Shown here piece by piece: positions 8,882-16,937 of a DNA stretch of 24,034 nucleotides; positions within the stretch are counted from its first letter, which is position 1; the number at the start of each line of letters is the position of its first letter. The notes below the pieces were generated by a model. It was not told where the DNA came from. It searched no databases and was given only the letters and a program-made list of their open reading frames with translations. Origin of the DNA: a virus. The stretch is from UHGV virus genome UHGV-0029496. One strand, written 5' to 3'. A program made the translations under genes and the position numbers.

Positions 8882-8945
8882 TTGCCTTTATTTAAAGAAC
8901 GCACTGTGGCTAAATAGGACAAATCCTAAACACGAGGAAGTAAGT

Positions 8946-10076
8946 ATGGCCCAGAAGAAAATAACCGACGAACAGTTACAGGAAGAATTGAACGCCGGGA
9001 TGAAGAATATCGACATCGCACGTAAATATGGCATCTCAGACCGCGTTATTCGTATCCGTAAAGCGAAGCTGGCTAAGAAAGGTGTAGGCCACGGGCGTGA
9101 CGTTAGTCACCTTGTGCCGGACGGTTACAAGATTAAAGGAACGTCGTCACTGGTGGACGAGTTCGGCAACACTAAGTTGCAATGGGTTAAGACCGACACC
9201 GATGCCGAACGTCAGGTCGAATTGATGAAAGCCGTAATCGAAGGAATGAAGTCAGAGATTACGCCAGTTGCGCCTGTTAAAGCCATTCGCGCTAAACGCG
9301 ATGACAAGCTACTTAATCTTTACACGGTATCTGATTTTCATCTCGGTATGCTGGCATGGGCGGATGAGAGCGGCGACGACTGGGATATGAAGATTGCGGA
9401 AGACCTGTTCTCCCGATGGTTCGACGCGGCATTCCAGAAAGCACCGGATGCAGGAACAGGAGTTATTAATCTGTTAGGTGACTTCGCACACTTTGATAGT
9501 CTTGATGCCGTTACGCCCGAGTCGTGCCATGTGCTAGACGCGGATACGCGCTACCAGAAACTTGTCCGCTACATGATTCGCATGGTCCGCCGTGTTGTTG
9601 ATATGGCGCTGGTTAAGCATAACACCGTAAAACTTTTAATCATTCAAGGTAACCACGACCCTGTCGGCTCCGTATGGCTGTCCGAAATGTTCTGCACATT
9701 GTATGACAACGAACCTCGCGTATTTGTGGACACCTCCCCCGACGTATACAAGATGGTTCAGCACGGGAAAACTACACTATTCATGCACCACGGACACCGT
9801 GCGAGATTCGACGCCATAGAGTCGGTAATGATTTCTAAATTCCGTAAGGCTTTCGGAGAAAGCACATACAGCTACGCCCACGTAGGCCACCTGCACCATC
9901 AGAAGATTGTAGAAAGCCGTAACATGATTGTTGAGCAACACCGCACCTTAGCGGCTAAAGACGCCTACGCCTCTCGCGGCGGATGGATGTCAGGCCGTAG
10001 CGCGAATGTAATTACTTATAGCGCCGAATATGGTGAGGTCGCTCGTTTAACTATTTCACCGGAGATGCTGGGATGA
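8946..10076 (+). CDS. HTH domain fused to a calcineurin-like metallophosphoesterase (Mre11/SbcD-like motifs)
   Basis: GAGGAAG SD; N-terminal HTH-like segment IDIARKYGISDRVIRIRKAKL; motifs DFHLG (DxH), GDFAHFD (GDxxD), GNHD, HHGH, GHLHH in the canonical order. Confidence 0.7.
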   Translation: MAQKKITDEQLQEELNAGMKNIDIARKYGISDRVIRIRKAKLAKKGVGHGRDVSHLVPDGYKIKGTSSLVDEFGNTKLQWVKTDTDAERQVELMKAVIEGMKSEITPVAPVKAIRAKRDDKLLNLYTVSDFHLGMLAWADESGDDWDMKIAEDLFSRWFDAAFQKAPDAGTGVINLLGDFAHFDSLDAVTPESCHVLDADTRYQKLVRYMIRMVRRVVDMALVKHNTVKLLIIQGNHDPVGSVWLSEMFCTLYDNEPRVFVDTSPDVYKMVQHGKTTLFMHHGHRARFDAIESVMISKFRKAFGESTYSYAHVGHLHHQKIVESRNMIVEQHRTLAAKDAYASRGGWMSGRSANVITYSAEYGEVARLTISPEMLG

Positions 10077-10303
10077 CTTCAAAATACAACCGCACAATGA
10101 CAAACACCCACGGCAGCACTATGACTGTAGACGTTTACGATGTTCTCCGTGCTTTCGACATCCGCGACCCAGCGCTACAGCACGCATTAAAGAAACTGCT
10201 GTGCATGGGCTTGCGTGGTCACAAGGACACCGGGACCGACTTAGCGGAAGCGATTGAAAGTCTGGAGAAGTTACAGGAATACCGGAGTAATATTGATGAG
10301 TAA
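10073..10303 (+). CDS. Small hypothetical protein, translationally coupled to the phosphoesterase gene
   Basis: ATG overlaps the upstream TGA (ATGA at 10073-10076); 76 aa, helical and charged (DPALQHALKKLL...DLAEAIESLEKLQE). Confidence 0.55.
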   Translation: MTSKYNRTMTNTHGSTMTVDVYDVLRAFDIRDPALQHALKKLLCMGLRGHKDTGTDLAEAIESLEKLQEYRSNIDE

Positions 10304-10451
10304 GAAAAAGCGAACCCCAAACAACAACAACAACAACGTCCCGTATACCCCGCTGCCGTTTCCAGAGCCTAACAAGCCCTCGCCGCTTATGTCGGACAAC
10401 GAATGGCGGCGGGTCGCCAGAATGACCATCCGCCTGAGAAGACTGGCTTGA
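10296..10451 (+). CDS. Small Asn/Pro-rich basic protein
   Basis: ATG 10296 with GGAG 9 nt upstream, overlapping the end of the previous ORF by 8 nt; 51 aa MSKKKRTPNNNNNNVPYTPLPFPEP...; contains the (AAC)6 tract. Confidence 0.4.
   Translation: MSKKKRTPNNNNNNVPYTPLPFPEPNKPSPLMSDNEWRRVARMTIRLRRLA
10320..10337 (+). repeat. Perfect trinucleotide microsatellite (AAC)6, in frame (Asn6)
   Basis: aacaacaacaacaacaac read directly. Confidence 0.9.
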
Positions 10452-10463
10452 CCGATAAATAGT

Positions 10464-10483
10464 AAGGCCCTGAAAGGGGCCTT
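10464..10483 (+). terminator. GC-rich hairpin after the three-gene operon (weak terminator or attenuator)
   Basis: aaggccc-tgaaag-gggcctt, 7-bp stem, no clear U-tract. Confidence 0.3.
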
Positions 10484-10496
10484 ATCGCAACAGGAG

Positions 10497-10991
10497 ATGA
10501 TTATGGACTGGAATGAATTTTTCATATACGACTTAATTTCAGGAAGGATATTTAACAGAGTAACACGTTCCGGGAGGGCTAAGGCTGGAGAGGAGGCAGG
10601 TACGGTACAGCGAGACGGATATAGAAGGATATTTTTCAGGGGTAAATGGCACGCGGCGCACCGTATAGCTTGGGACTTAAACAATACTAACAATAAGCTA
10701 ACCTCGTCAGATCAAATAGACCATCTAGACCATAACCGAATAAACAATAGGCCGCTTAACTTAGCTAAAAAGTCCAATGCGGAAAACCATAAAAATATGT
10801 CAAAACAGCGTAATAATAAATCAGGAGTAACCGGGGTTTACTGGAACGCGAAAGAAAGGTTGTGGTACGCACAGATATTCAACAATAACGTAAAAACACA
10901 CATCGGGTGCTTTAAAACGCTACTAGATGCAGTTGCCGCAAGGAGAGTTGCTGAAAGAGATTTAGGGTTCCACGAGAACCACGGTAAATAG
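10497..10991 (+). CDS. HNH homing endonuclease with C-terminal AP2-like DNA-binding domain
   Basis: HNH core AHRIAWDL...IDHLDHNRINNRPLNL; C-terminal GVTGVYWNAKERLWYAQI...IGCFKTLLDAVAARR is AP2-like; Asn-rich and AT-rich codon usage unlike neighbours. AGGAG abuts ATG 10497, so ATG 10503 may be the true start. Confidence 0.75.
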   Translation: MIMDWNEFFIYDLISGRIFNRVTRSGRAKAGEEAGTVQRDGYRRIFFRGKWHAAHRIAWDLNNTNNKLTSSDQIDHLDHNRINNRPLNLAKKSNAENHKNMSKQRNNKSGVTGVYWNAKERLWYAQIFNNNVKTHIGCFKTLLDAVAARRVAERDLGFHENHGK

Positions 10992-10992
10992 T

Positions 10993-11016
10993 AAGGCCCC
11001 TTTCGGGGCCTTTTCC
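10993..11016. terminator. Bidirectional rho-independent terminator between convergent genes
   Basis: aaggcccc-tttc-ggggcctt followed by ttttcc on the plus strand; also U-rich on the minus strand. Sits between the plus HNH stop (10991) and the minus major tail stop (11017). Confidence 0.7.
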
Positions 11017-12183
11017 TTACGCGTAGCTAATACGCTGTATTACAATAGAAGATTGATATTGATTGCCTGTGGACTGTCCTTCTATGCTCTGAGTTATTGA
11101 TTCTGGCCCCCCAATCTCTGGTGTAACCGCCGTAAGTTCTGCGCGTTTCAGGCTGAAAGACATAGCCCCGTTTACCCCGGCCAGAATAGAGTTAATCTCC
11201 ACCTGCTGTTCGTTGATAAACTTCTGAATCATCACCATGTCGTACAGCTTGCCGGAGATAGAGAAGGTGTTAGCCGCGCGACCACGTTCCACGAACGCAA
11301 CGCTACTGTTGCCGAGTTCGAACTGTGCGGAAGCACCGTTGTCGTTGGTGATGGTCAGAGTATCGCAACGCAACGGCGTAGAGCCGTCGAACACAGACAC
11401 ATCTACAGATGAGAACGGCTCATCGGTAAACGTCACCTGAGAGAAATCAGAGCCTGCTGGCGGTGCGGTAAGAATCTCCTGACTCAGGCCGATGAACGGG
11501 AAGCTGCCAGTTACCATAGCGTTAACCGCCTGCTCTACGGTGAAGCCGGAGATTTCCACGCCTTTGGTGAGCATATACGCGTCCGGGTTGCCGCACTGGC
11601 CCTTGAACCACGTCAGGATGGAGAACGTCTTACATGCGTTACCGGTTTCCAGCTTGTCACCCGTTTTTGCGTCAGTGGTTACTGTCTCAGCCGTTAGCGT
11701 GTGCTGAATGCCAGCACCCGTAACTACCAGAGCGGAAACCGCAGTTACGATGAACGGTTTGGCGTTGTCGCCGGTTAAGCCGGTGAACGCAATCAGGTCG
11801 CCAACTTCTACGCCGTCAGTGACGAAGCTACCCGCCGCGCGAGTGAACGTCTTGCCAGTTGGCTCTACAGTGATGGACGCGCCCGTAATTTCTGCCCCAG
11901 CCTGCCATGTAGAAGTCATCGCGCCTGCAAGGAAATCATCCTGGCTACGGGAGCTAAGTTCAATAGCATACTCCCCGCTAACCTGCTTGTTACCGGTTCG
12001 GATGGATGTAGTTTCACGGCTGCCGTCGAGTTCGTTGGAAGTAAGCGCATCGCGGGTTACGGCAGGAACGCCGCCAGTGTTACGCAACGGTGACCATACC
12101 GGGTTAGTCGGTGTTACGCCCGGGGTAGTTTCCGCCACATAGAATTGCGCGGTATTCGCGCCCTTAAAAGGAGTTGTAGCCAT
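11017..12183 (-). CDS. Major tail (tube) protein
   Basis: 388 aa Thr/Gly/Ser-rich beta-type protein after the neck genes; AAGAGG SD before ATG 12183 (track start is GTG 12189); TGAATATG junction with the upstream gene. Confidence 0.6.
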   Translation of the reverse strand: MATTPFKGANTAQFYVAETTPGVTPTNPVWSPLRNTGGVPAVTRDALTSNELDGSRETTSIRTGNKQVSGEYAIELSSRSQDDFLAGAMTSTWQAGAEITGASITVEPTGKTFTRAAGSFVTDGVEVGDLIAFTGLTGDNAKPFIVTAVSALVVTGAGIQHTLTAETVTTDAKTGDKLETGNACKTFSILTWFKGQCGNPDAYMLTKGVEISGFTVEQAVNAMVTGSFPFIGLSQEILTAPPAGSDFSQVTFTDEPFSSVDVSVFDGSTPLRCDTLTITNDNGASAQFELGNSSVAFVERGRAANTFSISGKLYDMVMIQKFINEQQVEINSILAGVNGAMSFSLKRAELTAVTPEIGGPESITQSIEGQSTGNQYQSSIVIQRISYA

Positions 12184-12185
12184 AT

Positions 12186-12602
12186 TCACAGCCTCTTGGT
12201 GAATGCAATAAAGTTAATAGACAATGGTCGTTTGGCCCATCCGTTCTCTACAATCAGCGGCCCCAGGCTAACCGATTGAACCTCGGCGCAGATGTCGTTA
12301 CGTGAAAATGACTTACCTGCTTTAAACGCCGTGTTAAGTAAGTCTGCCATTTTATTGATTGGCGCGCTACCTTTCACCGATGCGTAGTTAATGTCAACCT
12401 GATAAATACCTGAGCGTTGTTCCGTGAAGAACAAATCAGCCTGCTCGGTATCCGCAAGTAACATGTAACTTGCCAGATACGGAGTATCGGTTGACGTCGG
12501 CGCGTCGATGTTTTCAAGCGCGACCTTGATGCCGTTGGTGGTTCCGAAGGCTACCAGTGGCACATCGAACGCTTTTGTTAAGTCCTCAAAGTAGCCCATC
12601 AT
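12186..12602 (-). CDS. Neck protein, tail-terminator-like by position
   Basis: 138 aa; start overlaps upstream stop (ATGATGA); immediately upstream of the major tail gene. Confidence 0.4.
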   Translation of the reverse strand: MMGYFEDLTKAFDVPLVAFGTTNGIKVALENIDAPTSTDTPYLASYMLLADTEQADLFFTEQRSGIYQVDINYASVKGSAPINKMADLLNTAFKAGKSFSRNDICAEVQSVSLGPLIVENGWAKRPLSINFIAFTKRL

Positions 12603-12994
12603 TTCACCTTGTTGGCTTCTTCGTTAATGAGTTGCTGGAAGCGGGACATGTTAGTCCTGACAACCCCGGAGGGCGCTTGTTGCGACCAACCATACTCCAG
12701 CCGTTGTGCATACGGCAGATTATTTGTCAGCGTGAATTCGCGCCAGTCCGCAGCTTTCAGCACGAAACTCGTAGCGTTTCCGATTGCTATGTTTCCTGAT
12801 TTATCTGTAGCATCCGTAACCCCTGAAGCAGGATTACCGCCAGACGCCATCCAGTTCATACGAAACCGACCAGTATCTACCGGACTCGCCTTTATGATAG
12901 CGGAAAACAGCTTGATAGACACCTGACGCATCACCTTCTCAGGGTTCTTCTTCGCCTTTTCCACGAACTTAGAGACATCGAGCGCGAAACTCAT
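12599..12994 (-). CDS. Neck / tail completion protein (hypothetical)
   Basis: 131 aa; ATGA overlap with the upstream gene; position in the head-tail joining block. Confidence 0.4.
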   Translation of the reverse strand: MSFALDVSKFVEKAKKNPEKVMRQVSIKLFSAIIKASPVDTGRFRMNWMASGGNPASGVTDATDKSGNIAIGNATSFVLKAADWREFTLTNNLPYAQRLEYGWSQQAPSGVVRTNMSRFQQLINEEANKVK

Positions 12995-13350
12995 TTTCTC
13001 ACCTGAATAAAGTATGCCACGACATCACCATTAACCATCTTCTTCTCGATGGCTACGACAGACCATTGCCCGCCGTCGAATTGCACCTTGTCTTCCATCT
13101 TCGGAACGACACTACAATCGGCTTTAACAATCACGTCACCAGCTTGAATAGTCGTACCGTTCACCCGTTCCGCGTTTACCGGAACTGGAACAGCCCTCAA
13201 CGGCAGCACTTCATCCGCAGACCATACGTACTCGCCGAGGGCTTCGTCCCACACTTTCGAGCCAGCGCGAATCAGAGATACCGTGCTGCCGAATTTGGTT
13301 AGCAGGCGTGTGCCCACGCCTTGCATACGTTTACTGAAAGCTGTGCTCAT
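12991..13350 (-). CDS. Neck / head closure protein (hypothetical)
   Basis: Track ORF 12991..13404 starts at a non-ATG codon; ATG 13350 has GGAGG SD and a TAATG overlap with the upstream stop, giving 119 aa. Confidence 0.4.
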   Translation of the reverse strand: MSTAFSKRMQGVGTRLLTKFGSTVSLIRAGSKVWDEALGEYVWSADEVLPLRAVPVPVNAERVNGTTIQAGDVIVKADCSVVPKMEDKVQFDGGQWSVVAIEKKMVNGDVVAYFIQVRK

Positions 13351-13964
13351 TACGCGGCCTCCAGTCTCGAAATAACCAGTAGCGCAGATGGCGCTGTACC
13401 CCATGCGGTTACGGTTGCGGCCTGCGGGTATACGCCGCCGAAGTTACTCCCGGAGCTATCCCGCATAATCTGAACGGCAAACGTCTGACCCGCTGTCGGG
13501 TTGATAACTACGCGGGACTCAATCGGGATGGTTACGTCGGCGCTTACCAGCTTAGTTGCTGCGGGGGAACCGTACTGAGCGCCGTTCAGAAGAATGCGCG
13601 ATAACAGGATAGATGTCCCACTGGCGCCCGTGCGCCCCGCCTGTAACTTGATTCGAACGGCATAGTTACCCGCGGTGTTGAACGTAACCAGCCCCGCAGC
13701 ATTAATCATTACTGGATCAGATGCGCTACCCTGAGCGGAGCCGAAAGTTAACTGCAACGCCGTGTCTAATGCGGTGGGTGCTTGCGTTACGGTCGACGAG
13801 GCGCGGAGAACTTCAACCTCTTTAACACCGGCCGCGGCGTAAATAGGCGAGTCTGCCATCTGGGTTAATACCCCGCGCAACTTCGATGGCGTGATAAGTC
13901 CGGTTGTGTTGTCGGGTAGCTCCGCGCCGATTAACGTAAATATCTCTGTTTTAGTCTTCACCAT
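13350..13964 (-). CDS. Hypothetical structural protein
   Basis: 204 aa Ala/Thr/Gly-rich; GGGGA SD; lies between connector-like and closure-like genes. Confidence 0.4.
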   Translation of the reverse strand: MVKTKTEIFTLIGAELPDNTTGLITPSKLRGVLTQMADSPIYAAAGVKEVEVLRASSTVTQAPTALDTALQLTFGSAQGSASDPVMINAAGLVTFNTAGNYAVRIKLQAGRTGASGTSILLSRILLNGAQYGSPAATKLVSADVTIPIESRVVINPTAGQTFAVQIMRDSSGSNFGGVYPQAATVTAWGTAPSALLVISRLEAA

Positions 13965-13966
13965 TG

Positions 13967-14479
13967 CTATCCCCGGTACACGTTAAACGAGAAGCCATTG
14001 TTAAGACCGCCACACAGTAACGGGCGTAAGGCGTCGTCCGCAGCGGTAATCGCGGTTGTGGCACCACTGTTACCATTGTTGAAGTAGGTCACCGTTACCG
14101 CACCCTCGACACGCTCAGTCTGCACGGAACGCCCGTCTGAGTTAGCCCGGACATCAGTACCCGCGCCATACGTAGCAGCGGCGGTTACCTGCGCAAGAAT
14201 TACCTGCTTCGGGATGGCGTTGTCAGCTACGGGGAACCCGTTTAGTGTTACACCAGTGCGAGGATAAGCCAGAGACTGTTCAGCGGACACACGGCGCCCG
14301 CACATCTGCGGTTCTGCAAGCCCTACATAAGTAGCGCCGTTGCGCAGGGCTACTTCGGCGGCGGTATCGTCTTCCGGTAGCTCAAGGCCATAATTAGCCG
14401 CTAACGCGCGGGCGTCAGCCAGGCTAACGTAACTGTCAGCGTCAGGTACTATTGACCCATCTTCCACGATTAGCGGCAT
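13967..14479 (-). CDS. Head-tail connector / adaptor (gp6-like pattern)
   Basis: GAGGAA SD; N-terminus ADSYVSLADARALAANYGL...DDTAAEVAL resembles the usual start of gp6-like connector proteins. Confidence 0.45.
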   Translation of the reverse strand: MPLIVEDGSIVPDADSYVSLADARALAANYGLELPEDDTAAEVALRNGATYVGLAEPQMCGRRVSAEQSLAYPRTGVTLNGFPVADNAIPKQVILAQVTAAATYGAGTDVRANSDGRSVQTERVEGAVTVTYFNNGNSGATTAITAADDALRPLLCGGLNNGFSFNVYRG

Positions 14480-14482
14480 AAA

Positions 14483-14662
14483 TTATTCCTCTGACTTACG
14501 GCGACGACGCTTAGTACCGCCGCCGTTGTTGTGCGCTTCTTCGTTGTCCGGTTGAGTCGCAACCAGTTCATCCGCTTCTACAACACCGCGAACGGGCATC
14601 ACCTGACCGTTAACAATGTCAACGTGGGTGTACTTTTCACGGATTACGTAATTATCTGCCAT
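14483..14662 (-). CDS. Small protein with basic C-terminal tail
   Basis: 59 aa found by hand (below the track cutoff): MADNYVIREKYTHVDIVNGQVMPVRGVV...GTKRRRRKSEE; AAGGAAAGG SD before ATG 14662; fills an otherwise unexplained gap. Confidence 0.45.
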   Translation of the reverse strand: MADNYVIREKYTHVDIVNGQVMPVRGVVEADELVATQPDNEEAHNNGGGTKRRRRKSEE

Positions 14663-14677
14663 GACCTTTCCTTATTA

Positions 14678-14693
14678 CGGCCCCGAAGGGCCG
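14678..14693 (-). terminator. GC hairpin between the decoration gene and the small gene (attenuator-like)
   Basis: cggccc-cgaa-gggccg, 6-bp stem. Confidence 0.3.
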
Positions 14694-14698
14694 TTGTA

Positions 14699-15040
14699 TT
14701 AAGACACAGTTGCTACAGTGCTACTGGAGATAATATTACCATACACATCATGAACAACCACTTTATACGTGCCTGAATCTGCGGTAGTAGTGGACGCCTT
14801 CGCATAGGAAGCAGCGTTTGCCCCGGCGATAGCGTTGTTGTTCTTGTACCACTGGTAGGAATATGGCTCCAGACCGCCAGTTACGGCTACGGTCAGTGTC
14901 ATGGTTTCACCCGCGGTAACGGAGGTAGTAGCCGCCAGTGCGGAAGAGAAAGACGCGGGAGAAATAGTCTCCATGTCAATCTTAGCACCCACTGTATCCG
15001 CAGAAACACCAGTAGTGCGTCGTTTTAGCACGTCTGCCAT
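14699..15040 (-). CDS. Ig-like domain head decoration protein (Hoc-like)
   Basis: AAGAGGA SD; 113 aa with Ig-type signature YSYQWYKNN...SGTYKVVV; immediately after the major capsid gene. Confidence 0.55.
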   Translation of the reverse strand: MADVLKRRTTGVSADTVGAKIDMETISPASFSSALAATTSVTAGETMTLTVAVTGGLEPYSYQWYKNNNAIAGANAASYAKASTTTADSGTYKVVVHDVYGNIISSSTVATVS

Positions 15041-15056
15041 TGAGGAATCCTCTTAG

Positions 15057-15085
15057 TAAATGAAAAGAGGGACCGAAGTCCCTCT
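15057..15085 (-). terminator. Rho-independent terminator after the major capsid gene
   Basis: agagggac-cgaa-gtccctct (8-bp stem) followed on the minus strand by UUUCAUUUA. Confidence 0.5.
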
Positions 15086-15101
15086 CGATTATATCTTAAC
15101 C

Positions 15102-16154
15102 TTAAGCCCCGACACCAGTTACCAGGAAGGCAATCGGTACATGCTTACGCTCAACCACACGGTTCCAGTTGGAGGCGTTCGCCAGGTCCTGCCAGGAAGC
15201 AGAGCGGGCGATAGTCTCGGTGCCGTTACCGGTGATTACCGCACTGGTGAAGCTGTAACCAAACGGATGCAGCAACCAGGTCTTACGGGTCCACAGGGTT
15301 TCAACGCCACCACCGTTACCGCGAGACGCTTCGCGCTCGTATTCCAGCGGGTTAGACGGAGAACCTTCACCATAACCAATAGCGCCGTTGCCGAAGATAA
15401 TGGAGATGAACTTACGGCTAGGGCCAGTACCGACTACGGTCATGCTGTCGTCAACAATCACACGGTAGCCCTGGTAGGTGGCGAACATGGTGTTGTTATC
15501 GGCATCGCGGATGAAGTCGATAAGCTGCTGCTTACGCGCCTGTGCATAAACGAAACTGTGCATCGCGATAGCGCCCAGTACTTCACCGCCGTTACCCATC
15601 AGAGCATCGCCCATGGTCTGGGTAGCGTCGATGAATGCGCCCGCGTCGAAGCCCAGAGTCGCGGACACGTCTACTACCATGTCGTTCTGCACGTGGTAAG
15701 CATCGGTAGCGGTTACGTTGTTGTTGTACAGACCTAGCGCAGTAGCAATCAGACGGCGTTGTGCCTGACGCTGCCAGAAGTTATCCAGACGAGAAGCCAC
15801 GGATTGCAGCGGGTTCTGGCTGGTCAGTTCTACAGTCAGGTCAGCCTGTCCAAAGCCTTCGTTCAGGTAAGCTACACGAACGTCCATCTCACCGGTTTGC
15901 ACGTTACGAGGGGTGGCGATGTCCTGATATACGTCGTTCGAGTAGTTCGGCTCGATAGAGGTATCAATCGCTTTCCAGTACGGCAGAACAGCTTTGTTGG
16001 ACGGGCCGTTAGCGATAGCCGCTGCGTACGGAGTCGGGGTCAGAATACCGGACTGGAAGAACGCGGTTTTCTCTACCGGGTCTTCTGTCATGTAAGACAG
16101 AATGACCGATTCTTTACCAGTTACGATGTCGCCGATAGTAGTAATTGCCATCAT
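15102..16154 (-). CDS. Major capsid protein
   Basis: 350 aa directly after the scaffold gene, followed by decoration gene and terminator; GAGGAAAA SD; start overlaps scaffold stop (ATGATGA). Confidence 0.8.
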   Translation of the reverse strand: MMAITTIGDIVTGKESVILSYMTEDPVEKTAFFQSGILTPTPYAAAIANGPSNKAVLPYWKAIDTSIEPNYSNDVYQDIATPRNVQTGEMDVRVAYLNEGFGQADLTVELTSQNPLQSVASRLDNFWQRQAQRRLIATALGLYNNNVTATDAYHVQNDMVVDVSATLGFDAGAFIDATQTMGDALMGNGGEVLGAIAMHSFVYAQARKQQLIDFIRDADNNTMFATYQGYRVIVDDSMTVVGTGPSRKFISIIFGNGAIGYGEGSPSNPLEYEREASRGNGGGVETLWTRKTWLLHPFGYSFTSAVITGNGTETIARSASWQDLANASNWNRVVERKHVPIAFLVTGVGA

Positions 16155-16855
16155 TTTTTCCTCAGGGCTTTAAGTTGCCGTTCAAATTCGGCAGGGTTCG
16201 ATTCGTACAGAGCGATACGCTCCGCTTCACTCATGTCTTTAAACGCTGGTGCGGCCCCGCCACCTTTGCTACCGGAAGCCCCGCCGCCGGAAGCTGCATT
16301 TGCTTTAATCAAATGCGAAAACGCTTTGTGTTCGCGCAGATATTTGCGGAACTGTTCCGGGTCAGTCGTGATTACATTGCCATCTGCACCAACAAACTTA
16401 GTAACCACATCATCGCCTTCGAACTCAGTCTTAACGAACGGCGCAAGAATGTCTACTGCTTCCGGGGTGATAAAGTCGCCCGCGAAAGAGCCTAACACCG
16501 CTTTACGTTCGCTGCCGAGGATGCGCTCTGCCATTTTGGAGATGCGGCCATCTTTCTCGGCTAACACCGGGTCATACTGGCTACGAATCGTCTTTTCGAA
16601 CTCGTCCATCTTACCGGCGGCTTTTAACGCCTCCTGGTGCGCGCGCTGCCGTTCTTCTTCGGCCTCTTTTGCTTTACGAGCGGCTTCTTTCTTCTCCGCC
16701 AGCAATGCTTCCTGATTAGCCTTAAGCCCGGCAACTTCTTTCTCGATCAGCGCCTGAACTTCTTCGGCGGTGAACATTTTCGGCGCGTCACCGCCGCCAG
16801 ATTTATCTTCTGCCCCAGCTTCTTCCTGGAACGGATAACGTAAAAAACGATTCAT
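16151..16855 (-). CDS. Capsid scaffolding protein
   Basis: Charged Ala/Glu/Lys-rich coiled-coil sequence (EEVQALIEKEVAGLKANQEALLAEKKEAARKAKEAEEERQRAHQEALKAAGK) directly upstream of the capsid gene. Track start is TTG 16909; first ATG is 16855. Confidence 0.7.
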   Translation of the reverse strand: MNRFLRYPFQEEAGAEDKSGGGDAPKMFTAEEVQALIEKEVAGLKANQEALLAEKKEAARKAKEAEEERQRAHQEALKAAGKMDEFEKTIRSQYDPVLAEKDGRISKMAERILGSERKAVLGSFAGDFITPEAVDILAPFVKTEFEGDDVVTKFVGADGNVITTDPEQFRKYLREHKAFSHLIKANAASGGGASGSKGGGAAPAFKDMSEAERIALYESNPAEFERQLKALRKK

Positions 16856-16909
16856 AGTCAGTATGTCCCCTGGACTTTGGAACCCGGGCCACCCGGATTT
16901 ACATGTCAA

Positions 16910-16928
16910 GAATAAATTATTCCAACAT
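16910..16928 (-). repeat. Copy A of a repeated intergenic motif (minus orientation ATGTTGGAATAAnnTATTC) abutting a TTGACA hexamer
   Basis: 12/12 identical core (ttattccaacat, plus 16917-16928) and 17/19 over the extended motif with copy B at 17692-17710. Confidence 0.5.
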
Positions 16929-16937
16929 GCAAGGCAA

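Noticed and set aside
10073-10303. Assigning the 76-aa coupled protein to a named small phage-protein family
   Set aside because: The resemblance is loose pattern similarity recalled from memory, not a verified match; left as hypothetical.
15759-16715. 318-aa plus-strand ORF overlapping the scaffold and capsid genes
   Set aside because: Antisense to two well-supported minus-strand genes; Ser/Arg/Ala-rich low-complexity translation with no start context.
16904-16909. TTG at 16909 as the scaffold start (track ORF 16151..16909)
   Set aside because: Non-ATG start without an SD; an in-frame ATG at 16855 is more plausible. The TTGACA hexamer here is noted as a possible -35 element, though no convincing -10 follows it.
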